From assembly GCA_963754315.1 (NCBI GenBank), contig CAVWFS010000018.1, positions 576,001 through 640,000 on the forward strand: 64,000 nt of DNA, in the 5' to 3' direction. The notes below the pieces were generated by a model. The model was not told where the DNA came from. It ran no database searches and worked only from the letters and a program-made list of their open reading frames with translations. Both the position numbers and the translations under genes were made by a program. Positions 1 through 9,049 of the stretch are shown here, one piece after another; within the stretch, counting starts at the first letter, position 1; the number at the start of each line of letters is the position of its first letter. Source of the DNA: an uncultured Candidatus Rokubacteria bacterium. GTDB taxonomy: Bacteria > Methylomirabilota > Methylomirabilia > Rokubacteriales > CSP1-6.

Positions 1-255
1 GAAGCCCATGGTCATGGGCGGCATGTAGCCGGGAATGTCATTGTGCGTGAGGACAACCACGTTCAGCTCGGGCAAGATGGCGCGAACCACGCCTTGGCCC
101 TGGAACTCGCGCTCGCCGCCAGTGGGCGCCATGGACCGTGCGGCCGCCAGTTCCCCACGCAGGCGTGCCGTCTGGCGTCCTCCCAACAGGTAGCCGCTCC
201 CGAGCCCGATCACGAGCGCCAGATTGATCAAGAAGACGACCTGCCAGACTGCCAT
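1..255 (-). CDS. CusF-like copper-binding protein with N-terminal membrane anchor (partial, runs off window)
   Basis: Not in the ORF track. Manual translation from ATG at 255 gives MAVWQVVFLINLALVIGLGSGYLL...GQGVVRAILPELNVVVLTHNDIPGYMPPMTMGF, with the H...M-x-x-MTM-x-F CusF-type motif. Its start overlaps the stop of the upstream CopD gene (TGATG). Confidence 0.8.
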   Translation of the reverse strand, partial: MAVWQVVFLINLALVIGLGSGYLLGGRQTARLRGELAAARSMAPTGGEREFQGQGVVRAILPELNVVVLTHNDIPGYMPPMTMGF

Positions 256-2231
256 CAATGCACGTGCTCACCCGGGTCGGGGGCAGTTGTCTTTTCGTCG
301 TTGAGTTGGTGGACGACGGTAAGGAGCCCACCAACGTCGGGCCAGCTCCGCTCGCCCGCCGAGATGGCCCGTAGATACCCCTGGCGATCAATGAGAAATT
401 CGGCGTGGGGCTCACGCGCGAAGAGTCCGTAGGCGGCGACCAGGTCGCCGGCACCCTCCGTGACTACGGGAAACCAGATAGGGGGGACCGCGCCCAGGCG
501 ACGGATCGCGCCAGGATCCGCGTCGCGCGGGACGGCCACCACCTCCACCCCCTGGACTACAAGGTTGGGGTAGTTCTCGGCCAACTCCGCGAGTCGGGCC
601 CTTGATTCGGGCAACGCGTAGAGCACGAGCAACACGACCTTGCGCCCTCGGTAGTCGCGCAGAGAACGTGGGGGAGTGGGGCCCACCGCGAAGCTGGCGT
701 CAGGGGCCACGATACGAGGTGAGTCCGGCCTCAGCTCAGGACCAAGGCGCCGAGCCTCATTGGCGGCGGCCAGCGCGCGAACGAAGTTCACGAGGTCCCA
801 ACGCTCCTCCTCGTTGAGGCGCCCGCCGAAGCCCGGCATGCCGGCGACTGGAATGCCCTCGGAGATCCACCAGTAGAGGTCGCCTGCGGTGTGGTGCAGG
901 GTGTGGGCGGCACGGAGATCGGCGGGGGGACGAGGAAGGCGAAGGCCGGCCATGCCGTCGCCCGCGCCGGCTGGACCGTGACAGGCCGCGCAGTGCGCGG
1001 CGTAGAGTTTCGACCCGGCCGCGATGGACGCCGCCGTATATGGCACCGCGGAGCGTCGATACGTGAGCGGATAGGCGTCGATGGCCAACGGAGGCAGGGC
1101 GAGGCCCAGACCGAAGGCTAGAAGGACGACCGATCCGGCGAGGAGCGAAGCCCGGACACGGCGGCTGACGAGCGCGCAGAACGCGATGACGACGCCGCTC
1201 ACAGCGAGCTGGCTGCCTACCAGCACGCGCAGGGGGAGGGCGGGCGTCTCGGCCAGGGCGTCCGTGGAGAGGCGGAACGAGAACGGCCAAGTTGGAACCT
1301 GGTGGCGAGCGGGCGGGGTTCCGACGAGCACGGCGACCACGACCAGCAGGCCGAGCGCCAGCACACCTTCGATCGTGACGAAGGTGGCCAGCCGGCGCAT
1401 GGCCGGGCGACCGACGGTCTCCCCATCGTGGGACAGCGCGGGGAGTGTGCGGCGATTGATCCAGGCGAGGACGAGAATGGGCGTCAGGATGACAAGCTTG
1501 ATGAGGAGCCATCGTCCATACGATGTGCCGACGAGCCCTGCCACGTCTCCCACGAAAAGAGCGGCGTTGAGCACGCCGCTGCCGAGCAACACGAGCATGG
1601 CCACCAAGGCGCACTTTGAGAATCGTCGTGCCACGAGAACGGCATAGGGGCGGGCATCGGCGCCGGCGGACGTGCTGGCGCCACGCAACAGCACGGCCAG
1701 CGGCCACAGGCCTCCGATCCAGACACCGGCCGCGACCAGGTGCATCGCATCATTGATCAGGGCCCGGCCGGTATCGGGTTCCGCGGCGGCCGCGTGTCCG
1801 GCCAGACCCAGAAGGGACGCCGCCAGCACCGCGAGCAGCGCCACCTCACCCCGCGCAGCCAGCCAGTCGGCCCGCGAGCGCAGATGCGCTTGTCCCAGCA
1901 GGAAGGCAAGGAGGAGCACGAGAAGGCCTTGACGCGCGAGCCATACGTGACCGCTCTGGGTCTCGAGGGCGACTTTGCGCAAGGCATCCAACTCCAGCAG
2001 GGCCGCGGCTGACCGGCCTTCGAGGATCACCGTCTGGATGGCGAGGGTGCCGAGCCCGGACGCGAGGGCGAGCACCGCAAGGATGCGCGACCGGGCCACC
2101 ACTCGCGCCTGCCAGGCGCGGGCAGTCGGACGATCGGAACGGCCCGCCAGCAGCAGGATCATCGGACCGCCCACCAGCGCCAGGGAGGCCGCCAGGTGCA
2201 CCCAGCGCGTGGCAATTCCGAGCGCGGTCAT
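255..2231 (-). CDS. CopD-family copper resistance membrane protein fused to cytochrome c and a redoxin-like domain
   Basis: Multi-TM CopD region (GHAAAAE, HLVAAGVWIGGL, YGRWLLIKL), CAACH heme motif with MPGF, and a C-terminal SLRDYRGRKVVLLVLY...FLIDRQGYLR redoxin fold. Start placed at MTALGI. Confidence 0.85.
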   Translation of the reverse strand: MTALGIATRWVHLAASLALVGGPMILLLAGRSDRPTARAWQARVVARSRILAVLALASGLGTLAIQTVILEGRSAAALLELDALRKVALETQSGHVWLARQGLLVLLLAFLLGQAHLRSRADWLAARGEVALLAVLAASLLGLAGHAAAAEPDTGRALINDAMHLVAAGVWIGGLWPLAVLLRGASTSAGADARPYAVLVARRFSKCALVAMLVLLGSGVLNAALFVGDVAGLVGTSYGRWLLIKLVILTPILVLAWINRRTLPALSHDGETVGRPAMRRLATFVTIEGVLALGLLVVVAVLVGTPPARHQVPTWPFSFRLSTDALAETPALPLRVLVGSQLAVSGVVIAFCALVSRRVRASLLAGSVVLLAFGLGLALPPLAIDAYPLTYRRSAVPYTAASIAAGSKLYAAHCAACHGPAGAGDGMAGLRLPRPPADLRAAHTLHHTAGDLYWWISEGIPVAGMPGFGGRLNEEERWDLVNFVRALAAANEARRLGPELRPDSPRIVAPDASFAVGPTPPRSLRDYRGRKVVLLVLYALPESRARLAELAENYPNLVVQGVEVVAVPRDADPGAIRRLGAVPPIWFPVVTEGAGDLVAAYGLFAREPHAEFLIDRQGYLRAISAGERSWPDVGGLLTVVHQLNDEKTTAPDPGEHVH

Positions 2232-2274
2232 TTGCGAGCATGATACTCGACACTCCACGGGGTATCTTCGAAGC

Positions 2275-3030
2275 ATGGAGCTGAGCACGAGCAGCGCTCT
2301 CCGCGCGATCTTCTTCGACGCCGGCAATACCTTGGTCCGGATGAACTACGCGGCCATCGTCGCCCAGCTCGCCGTCCTCGGTTACCCGGTACCGCTGGAC
2401 GTCGTGCGGCAAGCAGAATGGCGCGCTCGGGTGCGACTCGACGACGAGCTCCTGGCCTGCCCGGGAGCCTCCACGGAGAGCGGGTCATCGCGCCATGCTT
2501 ACCTGAAGCTTGTGCTGGAGGAACTGGGGCTTACCGATGCGGCCACTGCGCAGGCGATGATCTCGTGGCGGGACCGTTACCATATCCCGGTCGGGATCTT
2601 TGACGTCGTCGATCCTGGCGCCGCGGTAGCCCTCACCTTGGCGCGGCAGGCCGGCCTGGGCACCGCAGTCATTTCGAACTCCAACGGTACTGTCGAGGGT
2701 CTCCTCACCTCGCTGGGGCTCGGGGCGCACCTCGACTTTGTCATCGACTCCTTTGTGGTGGGCGTGGAGAAGCCCGATGCCCGCATCTTCCAACTGGCTC
2801 TGGCGCGGGCGGGGCTCGAGCCCTCCCAGGCGGCCTACGTCGGTGACCTGTACTCGGTCGACGTCGCGGGAGCTCGGGGCGCCGGCCTGGAGGCGGTGCT
2901 GATTGATCCGGGGGGCCACTGGGGAGCGCGGGATTGCCTGCGAGCGTCAGGGCCCGTAGAGGCGGTACGCCTGATCCTGGCCGACGATGGGCGCCGGGCA
3001 GGTTACTCGGGAAGGGAGACGAGAGGATAG
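2275..3030 (+). CDS. HAD-superfamily hydrolase
   Basis: FFDAGNTL motif I, ISNS, EKPDARIF, YVGDLYSVDVAGA. Confidence 0.9.
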   Translation: MELSTSSALRAIFFDAGNTLVRMNYAAIVAQLAVLGYPVPLDVVRQAEWRARVRLDDELLACPGASTESGSSRHAYLKLVLEELGLTDAATAQAMISWRDRYHIPVGIFDVVDPGAAVALTLARQAGLGTAVISNSNGTVEGLLTSLGLGAHLDFVIDSFVVGVEKPDARIFQLALARAGLEPSQAAYVGDLYSVDVAGARGAGLEAVLIDPGGHWGARDCLRASGPVEAVRLILADDGRRAGYSGRETRG

Positions 3031-4378
3031 CGGCGGAGGGCGCCGTAAATGACGCGTTTCATTTCCTCGATCTCGTGCTCGGTATGGGCCTCGAAGCGGA
3101 GGGTGAGGTAGGGATTCGTGTTGGAGGCACGGACGAGGCCCCAGCCGCCGCCGGGAAAAAGAACACGCGCTCCGTCGATGTCGATGGTTTCGTACTGCTG
3201 GCGTAGCTCGCGGACGAGCTGATCGACGACGCGGAATTTCTCCCCGTCTGGACAGGGTGCCTTCAGCTCAGGCGTGGCCTGCAGGTGGGGCACCGAGTCA
3301 AAGAGCGTGGAGATGGGCGCGGATGTGCCCGCAGCGATCTCGATGATCTTGGCCGAAGCAAGGATGCCGTCATCGACCCCGTAGTAGTCTTCCGCGAAGA
3401 ACATGTGGCCACTGACCTCGCCCCCCAGCAGAATGCCCTCCTCCCGCATCTTGCGCTTGAGGTGCGAATGCCCAGTTTTCCACATGACGGGGACGCCCCC
3501 GTGCCTGGTGATGTCCTCCACGAGGGCCTGCGACGACTTGACGTCGAAAACGATCTTGGCGCCGGGGCGTCGTCCTAGCAGATCGCGCGCGAGAAGGACA
3601 AGGATAAGGTCGGCCTCATGACGGCGGCCTCGCTCGTCGATGACTCCGACCCGGTCCGCATCGCCATCGTAAGCGAGCCCGAGATCGGCACCCACCGCCA
3701 GCACGCGGGCCTGCAGGTCGCGGACGTTCTCCGCGTCCTCCGGGTCGGGCAGGTGGTGGGGAAAGGTGCCGTCCGACTCGCAGTACAGTTCGACCACCTC
3801 GCAACCGAGCCGACGGAGAACATCGGGCGCCCACTCGCCCGCCACGCCGTTGCCGGCATCGACGACGACTTTCAAGGACCGGGCTGGACGAACCAGGCGT
3901 GCGATCGTGTCCAGGTAGTCGGCCCGGGGACTACGCGCAGTGACGGTGCCTCGGCCCGTCTCGAAGTCACCAGCCTCGATGAGGGCGTACAGCGACTGGA
4001 TCTCGTCCTCGGTGAGGGGCGCCGCCCCGGGGTGGACCATCTTCACCCCGTTGTACTCGACCGGATTGTGGCTGCCCGTGATATTGGCGCCGCCATCGAG
4101 CCGCCAGTGCGCAGTGGCGAAGTAGAGCAGTGGCGTCGGGGTCAGGCCGATGTCGATGACGTCGACGCCGGCCGATCCCGCGCCGTCGACAAAGCGGGCC
4201 TTCAGCCCATCGGACGAGACGCGGTTGTCCTGTCCGACGGCGATGGTCCTTCCCCCTGGCGACGGATCAGCGTGCCGTAGGCGGCACCGACCTGTCGGAA
4301 GACCTCGGGGTTGACGTCGTCACCGAGCAACCCGCGCACGTCGTATGCCCGAAAGATGTGAGGGTTGAGTGGGGTCAT
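3003..4378 (-). CDS. Phosphomannomutase/phosphoglucomutase (one apparent frameshift at ~4254)
   Basis: The N-terminus MTPLNPHIFRAYDVRG is in one frame. TGSHNP, DGDADR and GEVSGH are in another. The join falls at a G5 run that would need G6 to restore LIRRQGGRTIAVG. Confidence 0.85.
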
Positions 4379-4503
4379 GGAGTGTAGCCGGGACGCTCCT
4401 CGATGGTTTTACCTAGCCTATCATGGCCGCTGTGCACATCGTGTCGCTTGGCCGTAGACTCGAGGCTGGGCGTGGGACACAGTCTCGCGGGAAAGGACAT
4501 CGC

Positions 4504-4893
4504 ATGGACGAGACGGAACTCAAGGAGCGGACGAAGCGTACGGCGGCGATGCTCTTCCACACCCTCAAGGAGGGGTCAGGTTTCGAGACATGGCGCAAGT
4601 TTGATCGAGAGCTGGCGCGGGAGCTGTCGATGTTCTTCGCCGGCAAGCTCTACAGCCGGCAGGTCATTTCCCAGAAGCAACGCGAGCTGTGCGCGGTAGC
4701 CTCGTTGACCGTGCTGCATCGCCCTCACGAGTTGCGGGCGCACTTGCACGCCGCCCTCAACGTCGCCGCCACTCGTCAGGAGGTGGCGGAGGTCATCTTC
4801 CAGCAGGTGACGTACGGCGGCATGCCTGTCGTGGTCGATGCCCTCGAGGTGTTCAAGGCCGTGCTGGTGGAGCGGGGCGAATGGGAGGCGTGA
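4504..4893 (+). CDS. Carboxymuconolactone decarboxylase (CMD) family protein
   Basis: YSRQVISQKQRELCAVASL...ELRAHLHAALNV...EVAEVIFQQVTYGGMP. Confidence 0.85.
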   Translation: MDETELKERTKRTAAMLFHTLKEGSGFETWRKFDRELARELSMFFAGKLYSRQVISQKQRELCAVASLTVLHRPHELRAHLHAALNVAATRQEVAEVIFQQVTYGGMPVVVDALEVFKAVLVERGEWEA

Positions 4894-5660
4894 CCGTTCT
4901 CGAGGCCATGATCGACGCCGTGCGGGCGGCCGGCGAAGTCGCGCTCAGGTACTATCGCGGCGGCTTCGACGTGGTCATCAAGGACGATCGGACACCGGTC
5001 ACGCAGGCCGACCGCGAGGCCGAGCAGCTGATCGTCGAGCGCCTCCGTCGTGTGTTTCCGGATTGCGGCTTCCTGGGCGAGGAGTTCGGCGACTGGGGAC
5101 CCAAGGACCGGCGCTTCATCATCGATCCCATCGATGGGACCAAGAACTTCGTGCGCGGCATCCCCGTGTGGGCCACGCTCGTGGCTCTGGAAGAGGGCGG
5201 GGAGGTCACGGCGGGGGTCGTCCACAATCCCGCGTTGGGCGAGATGTTTTGGGCGTGCCGCGGAGGTGGCGCCTTCCGTAATGGTGAGCGGGTCTCGGTA
5301 TCGGGGATCGTGCGGCTTGGCGAGGCCCAGCTCATTCACTCCGCGCTGCGTCCCCTGCGGGCGGCGGGCTACTGGGAGGGCCTGGCGCGGCTTGTCGACG
5401 CCACCGACCGCCAGCGCGGGTTTGGCGACTACATGGGCTACACCCTGGTGGCGGAGGGCAAGGCCGAGATCTACGCAGAGATCTACACCCAAGGTGGGGG
5501 CCTCAAGCCGTGGGATCTCGCCCCGTGCAAGATTCTGGTCGAGGAAGCTGGCGGCGTCTTTACGGATCTGGACGGATGCGCGACGATCTACACGAGCTCC
5601 GCGCTCGCCACCAACGGCCATCTTCACGAGGCCGCGCTCGGACTGCTACGCGCCCCATAG
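4890..5660 (+). CDS. Inositol monophosphatase-family protein (histidinol-phosphate phosphatase-like)
   Basis: PVTQADREAE, LGEE, IDPIDGTKNF and KPWDLA motifs. GTGA overlap with the upstream gene. Confidence 0.85.
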   Translation: MTVLEAMIDAVRAAGEVALRYYRGGFDVVIKDDRTPVTQADREAEQLIVERLRRVFPDCGFLGEEFGDWGPKDRRFIIDPIDGTKNFVRGIPVWATLVALEEGGEVTAGVVHNPALGEMFWACRGGGAFRNGERVSVSGIVRLGEAQLIHSALRPLRAAGYWEGLARLVDATDRQRGFGDYMGYTLVAEGKAEIYAEIYTQGGGLKPWDLAPCKILVEEAGGVFTDLDGCATIYTSSALATNGHLHEAALGLLRAP

Positions 5661-5757
5661 GCTACAGACCTTCGGCGTTCCCTGGTCTCGAAGACGCTAG
5701 GCCGGGACCGCGCGGCTCACCGTCGTGATCGGGATGAGGGGCTTCTCGCGTCACGCC

Positions 5758-6678
5758 ATGATCGAGGTCGGCGCTACCCTCGCCATCCATCCCGGCGCGC
5801 TCGGGGACGTGCTGCTCGCCGTCCCCGCCCTGCGTGCCCTTCGGGCCCAGCGGCCGGGCCAGGTCCTCGCGCTCGCTGCGCAGCCGCGGCTAGCACGGCT
5901 GCTCACCGCGCTCGGTGAGGTCGATCGGGCACTGGATTTCGAGTCGCTCGCTCTCGACGCGCTGTTCACGACCGACCCGGCCCGCGCGCGGCCACTCCTC
6001 GCGCATGTCGGGCGGCTGGTGTGCTGGTTCGGTTCGCGCGATCCGCTCTTCGCGGCCAACCTATGCACCATTGTTCCGGGCGCGCTGGTGGCCTCGCCGG
6101 CCGCCGCCGATGTGCCCGTCTGGCAGCACCTGCGCCGAAGCGTGAACGCGCCGCTCGAGGGCGAGACGGCGCCGCTCCGTGTGCCGCCGGTAGTGGCGCA
6201 GACCGGGCGGCAGGCACTCCTCAACCTGGGTTGGGATGGCGCGCGGCCGGTGATCGTGCTGCACCCTGGAGCGGGCAGCGCCGCCAAGCGCTGGCCGGTC
6301 GATGGTTTCGTGAGGGTGGCGCGCGATGTCGGCGAGGGGAGGCCGATTGCCCTCGTCATCCATGAGGGTCCAGCCGACGCCGAAGCGGCCGCGGCCCTAA
6401 TGGCCGCGCTGGGGCCCACAGCCATCCACCTCCGAGAACCCACCTTGGAAGTGCTGACCGGTGTGCTTGCTTGCGCCGCGTTGTACCTCGGCAACGACTC
6501 CGGCGTGAGCCACCTCGCAGCCGCCGTGGGCGCGCCGAGCGTGGTGCTGTTCACGCGGGGGCTTCTCGGGTGGCGCCCGTGGGGGGCTACGGTTGAGCTA
6601 CCCGTCGTTTCGACTGCGAAGATCGTCCCCGCCGACCTCGAAAGGGTCCTGGCCGCCGCCCGGCAGGCCATGACGTAG
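5758..6678 (+). CDS. Glycosyltransferase family 9 (heptosyltransferase-like)
   Basis: GALGDVLL, LHPGAGSAAKRWP, GNDSGVSHLAAAVGAP. Confidence 0.85.
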   Translation: MIEVGATLAIHPGALGDVLLAVPALRALRAQRPGQVLALAAQPRLARLLTALGEVDRALDFESLALDALFTTDPARARPLLAHVGRLVCWFGSRDPLFAANLCTIVPGALVASPAAADVPVWQHLRRSVNAPLEGETAPLRVPPVVAQTGRQALLNLGWDGARPVIVLHPGAGSAAKRWPVDGFVRVARDVGEGRPIALVIHEGPADAEAAAALMAALGPTAIHLREPTLEVLTGVLACAALYLGNDSGVSHLAAAVGAPSVVLFTRGLLGWRPWGATVELPVVSTAKIVPADLERVLAAARQAMT

Positions 6679-6725
6679 ACTCGACGGCATGCAAGCGTGG
6701 GCGGCGGCGGTCCGAGGCCGGGCTC

Positions 6726-6875
6726 GTGCTCGCGGCGGCTGTCATTGTTCTGGCCGGTTTCGGCATCGCCCTCGTCGAGATGTACCGATTGCCGAAAGCC
6801 TCCCACTGGGGCGTGGTGGGAGCGGCCGTGCTCCTGGTGGCCATCATCCGGGCGGTGTCGACACGGAAGCCGTGA
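6726..6875 (+). CDS. Small two-TM hypothetical membrane protein (start uncertain)
   Basis: VLAAAVIVLAGFGIALVEMYRLPKASHWGVVGAAVLLVAIIRAVSTRKP*. Fills an intergenic gap with GC3-rich codons. Confidence 0.45.
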   Translation: MLAAAVIVLAGFGIALVEMYRLPKASHWGVVGAAVLLVAIIRAVSTRKP

Positions 6876-6908
6876 CCTGGCGGGCGCCGGACGCCTGCTC
6901 GACAATCG

Positions 6909-7976
6909 TCAGCGGTCGGGCTTGGCCCAGATACCGCGCTCATGCATCAGCCGGATTTGCTTCTTGATGACCTTCTCCCGGTATTCCTTGTGCTTCATGG
7001 GCGCGCGATTGAGGTAGAGGTTCTTCGGGTAGATGGGCTTTTCGTAGAGGATCTGGTACAGCTCGGTACGGAGGTCCTTCATCCAGTTGTCCCACTGGGC
7101 GCGGGCCCGGTGGTCGCGCAGGGCCTCGATGTCGATGACCCCGCCCACATAGGTGGACCCCGCCCCATAGTCCTGGCGCCCGACGATCTGGCCCTTGTAG
7201 TTGATGACGAAAGAGCGTCCCCCAAAGGTGTCGATGGGGGTGGTCTCCTCGGGGAAGAGATAGTACGTCCCCATGTTGGGAGCGACGAGGTACATGTTGT
7301 TATCCAGGGCGCGGGCCCGGCTCTGAATCTCGAAAATCTCGTTACCGGTGGCTGGGTGCGGATAGGAGGCGCGGTACACCACCTCCGCCCCATTGAGGGC
7401 CAACGCCCGTGCGTTCTCGGGATACGAGCCCTCGTTGGCCATCATGATGCCGAGCCGGCCAATCTCTGTGTCCACCACCGGCCAGAAGGCCTGCAACGAA
7501 CGCCCATACTTCTGCACCCACCAATCGTAGACGTCATGCGGGCACACGGAGTGCTCGACGGGAAACAACGGTGAAACCTTGTAGTGCTGGAGGATCACCC
7601 TGCCTCGGGGATTGATGATGAAGCCGACGTTGAAGAACCGATCCTTGAGGTCCGGGTGACGGGCCTTGGCCTGGGCCATGACGAAGGCGTTGTACTCCTT
7701 GGCAATGCGGCCCAGCTCGTCCGTCTCTTCCCCGGGGATGTCGATAGCCCCCTCCCTGGCGAACTGCACGTGGTCGAGATCCAGGACCTCGTCATTGAAG
7801 CCCTGGAGCGCGCCTTCGGGGAAGGCAATGAGGCGCACGGGCAGGTCGAGGCTGGACAGCCACGACGCAGCCTTGACCAGGTGGTGCAGGTGCTCGAGGT
7901 TGACCTTGATATCCTTGCGCTTGCGGATCCCGCGCACGGTGGGGATCAGTCCGACCGCGGTGTAGGGCTTGATCAT
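6909..7976 (-). CDS. Nitrilase-superfamily carbon-nitrogen hydrolase-like protein lacking the catalytic Cys
   Basis: LIAFPEG (Glu), HYKV (Lys), and GRLGIMMANEGSYPENARALALNGAEVV with Ala at the usual Cys position. Confidence 0.85.
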   Translation of the reverse strand: MIKPYTAVGLIPTVRGIRKRKDIKVNLEHLHHLVKAASWLSSLDLPVRLIAFPEGALQGFNDEVLDLDHVQFAREGAIDIPGEETDELGRIAKEYNAFVMAQAKARHPDLKDRFFNVGFIINPRGRVILQHYKVSPLFPVEHSVCPHDVYDWWVQKYGRSLQAFWPVVDTEIGRLGIMMANEGSYPENARALALNGAEVVYRASYPHPATGNEIFEIQSRARALDNNMYLVAPNMGTYYLFPEETTPIDTFGGRSFVINYKGQIVGRQDYGAGSTYVGGVIDIEALRDHRARAQWDNWMKDLRTELYQILYEKPIYPKNLYLNRAPMKHKEYREKVIKKQIRLMHERGIWAKPDR

Positions 7977-8014
7977 GCATGGGCCTCCAGGGTGGTAGAT
8001 GAAAGCTGGCCGCC

Positions 8015-8389
8015 TTACCCGGCGAGCCTCAGCCCGACGCGCACGAACCTTCGAAAGTCGGCAGGGTTGGCGGTCGCCAGGATCGCGCCCGCCCGCACGG
8101 CGGTGGCCGCGATCATACATTCCACCAGGCTACCGCGACGTCGTCCCCCCAGGTCGAACAGGCGCGCGGCCAGGGCGGCGTCCTCGGCGAGGAAGGGGAC
8201 GGGCGGCTCGAGGATCCGCCCGGCCAGGGCGACGTGGGCGGCCTGAACGGGACCACACAAGAACTCGACCCAGCCCACCGCGCTCACCGCGAGCGTTTCA
8301 CCCTCGCCCAACCAACGACGAAGGCAGCGATCCTCCACCGTGCCGCGGGCCAAGGCGCGAATCAGGAAGCTCGTGTCGAGGTGGATCAC
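8015..8389 (-). CDS. vapC: PIN-domain (VapC-type) toxin
   Basis: IHLDTSFLI, WVEFLCG, MIAATA, LATANPADF. GTGA overlap with the antitoxin. Confidence 0.85.
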   Translation of the reverse strand: MIHLDTSFLIRALARGTVEDRCLRRWLGEGETLAVSAVGWVEFLCGPVQAAHVALAGRILEPPVPFLAEDAALAARLFDLGGRRRGSLVECMIAATAVRAGAILATANPADFRRFVRVGLRLAG

Positions 8390-8664
8390 ACGCGGCGGGC
8401 TTGTCCGCCGGCGGCGCGACGCTCGGCGCGCGTTCGGTGCGCCCACGCCCGAACGCGGGCAGGGGTGAGGTGCAGATCGCGCTGGAGGCGGTCGAGAGCC
8501 TTCAGAGCCTCTACTGCTTGGGGTGAAGCGACCCCGGCGGCGGCGCCAATGGCACGGCGTAGCGCCTCCGACTTGGAGACGCGCCAGCGCCGGGCAAGTT
8601 GCTCGAGGCTCCGGACGCTCCTTGCGTCCAATGCATAGGTGGACTTGATGGACGTTACGGCCAT
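8386..8664 (-). CDS. Ribbon-helix-helix antitoxin
   Basis: KSTYALD...LEQLARRWRVSKSEALRRAI RHH pattern, directly upstream of the PIN toxin. Confidence 0.8.
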   Translation of the reverse strand: MAVTSIKSTYALDARSVRSLEQLARRWRVSKSEALRRAIGAAAGVASPQAVEALKALDRLQRDLHLTPARVRAWAHRTRAERRAAGGQARRV

Positions 8665-8704
8665 AACACGTCAGATATGGCCATACTCAGACGACCGGTG
8701 TCAA
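8655..8704 (-). promoter_or_regulatory. Putative TA promoter/operator: TTGACA plus two palindromic boxes
   Basis: TTGACA on the minus strand at 8699-8704. TATGGCCATA (8676-8685) and TTACGGCCATAA (8655-8666, over the start codon) have centres 20 bp apart. Confidence 0.55.
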
Positions 8705-8867
8705 GAGAAGAGCCGCGCGCCCGGCGGCCGTTGTGCTCTTCGCCGGCCTTGGCCGGCGCCGACACGGTCAGCCTGCTGTTGCAGCCGGACTTGACGTCGG
8801 AGCAGATCGACCTGACCTTGAACGCGTTCGTAGAGTAGATGGCGCCCGAGCCCGCAAGGAGGGAGTG

Positions 8868-9030
8868 ATGGCGGACAGCGAAGCAGCCGTAACCGGACGT
8901 CAACGGGTGGCGGCCGCCTACAAGGGCGGCTATGCGGATCGGGTACCAGCCTATCCCATCGCCGGCTCCTTCGCCGGGTGCCTCGATGGTCTCTCCATCC
9001 AGGAGTACTGCACGACCCCCACCAAGGCCA
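8868..9030 (+). pseudogene. N-terminal remnant of a uroporphyrinogen decarboxylase/MtaA-CmuA family gene
   Basis: Strong RBS (AAGGAGGGAG), then MADSEAAVTGRQRVAAAYKGGYADRVPAYPIAGSFAGCLDGLSIQEYCTTPTKA. Similarity ends just before the repeat. Confidence 0.6.
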
Positions 9031-9049
9031 CCCCGGGGATCATCGATGG

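Noticed and set aside
4250..4258. Programmed frameshift or phase variation in the phosphomannomutase gene
   Set aside because: The G5 run is short and similar indels are scattered across unrelated genes, which favours sequencing error.
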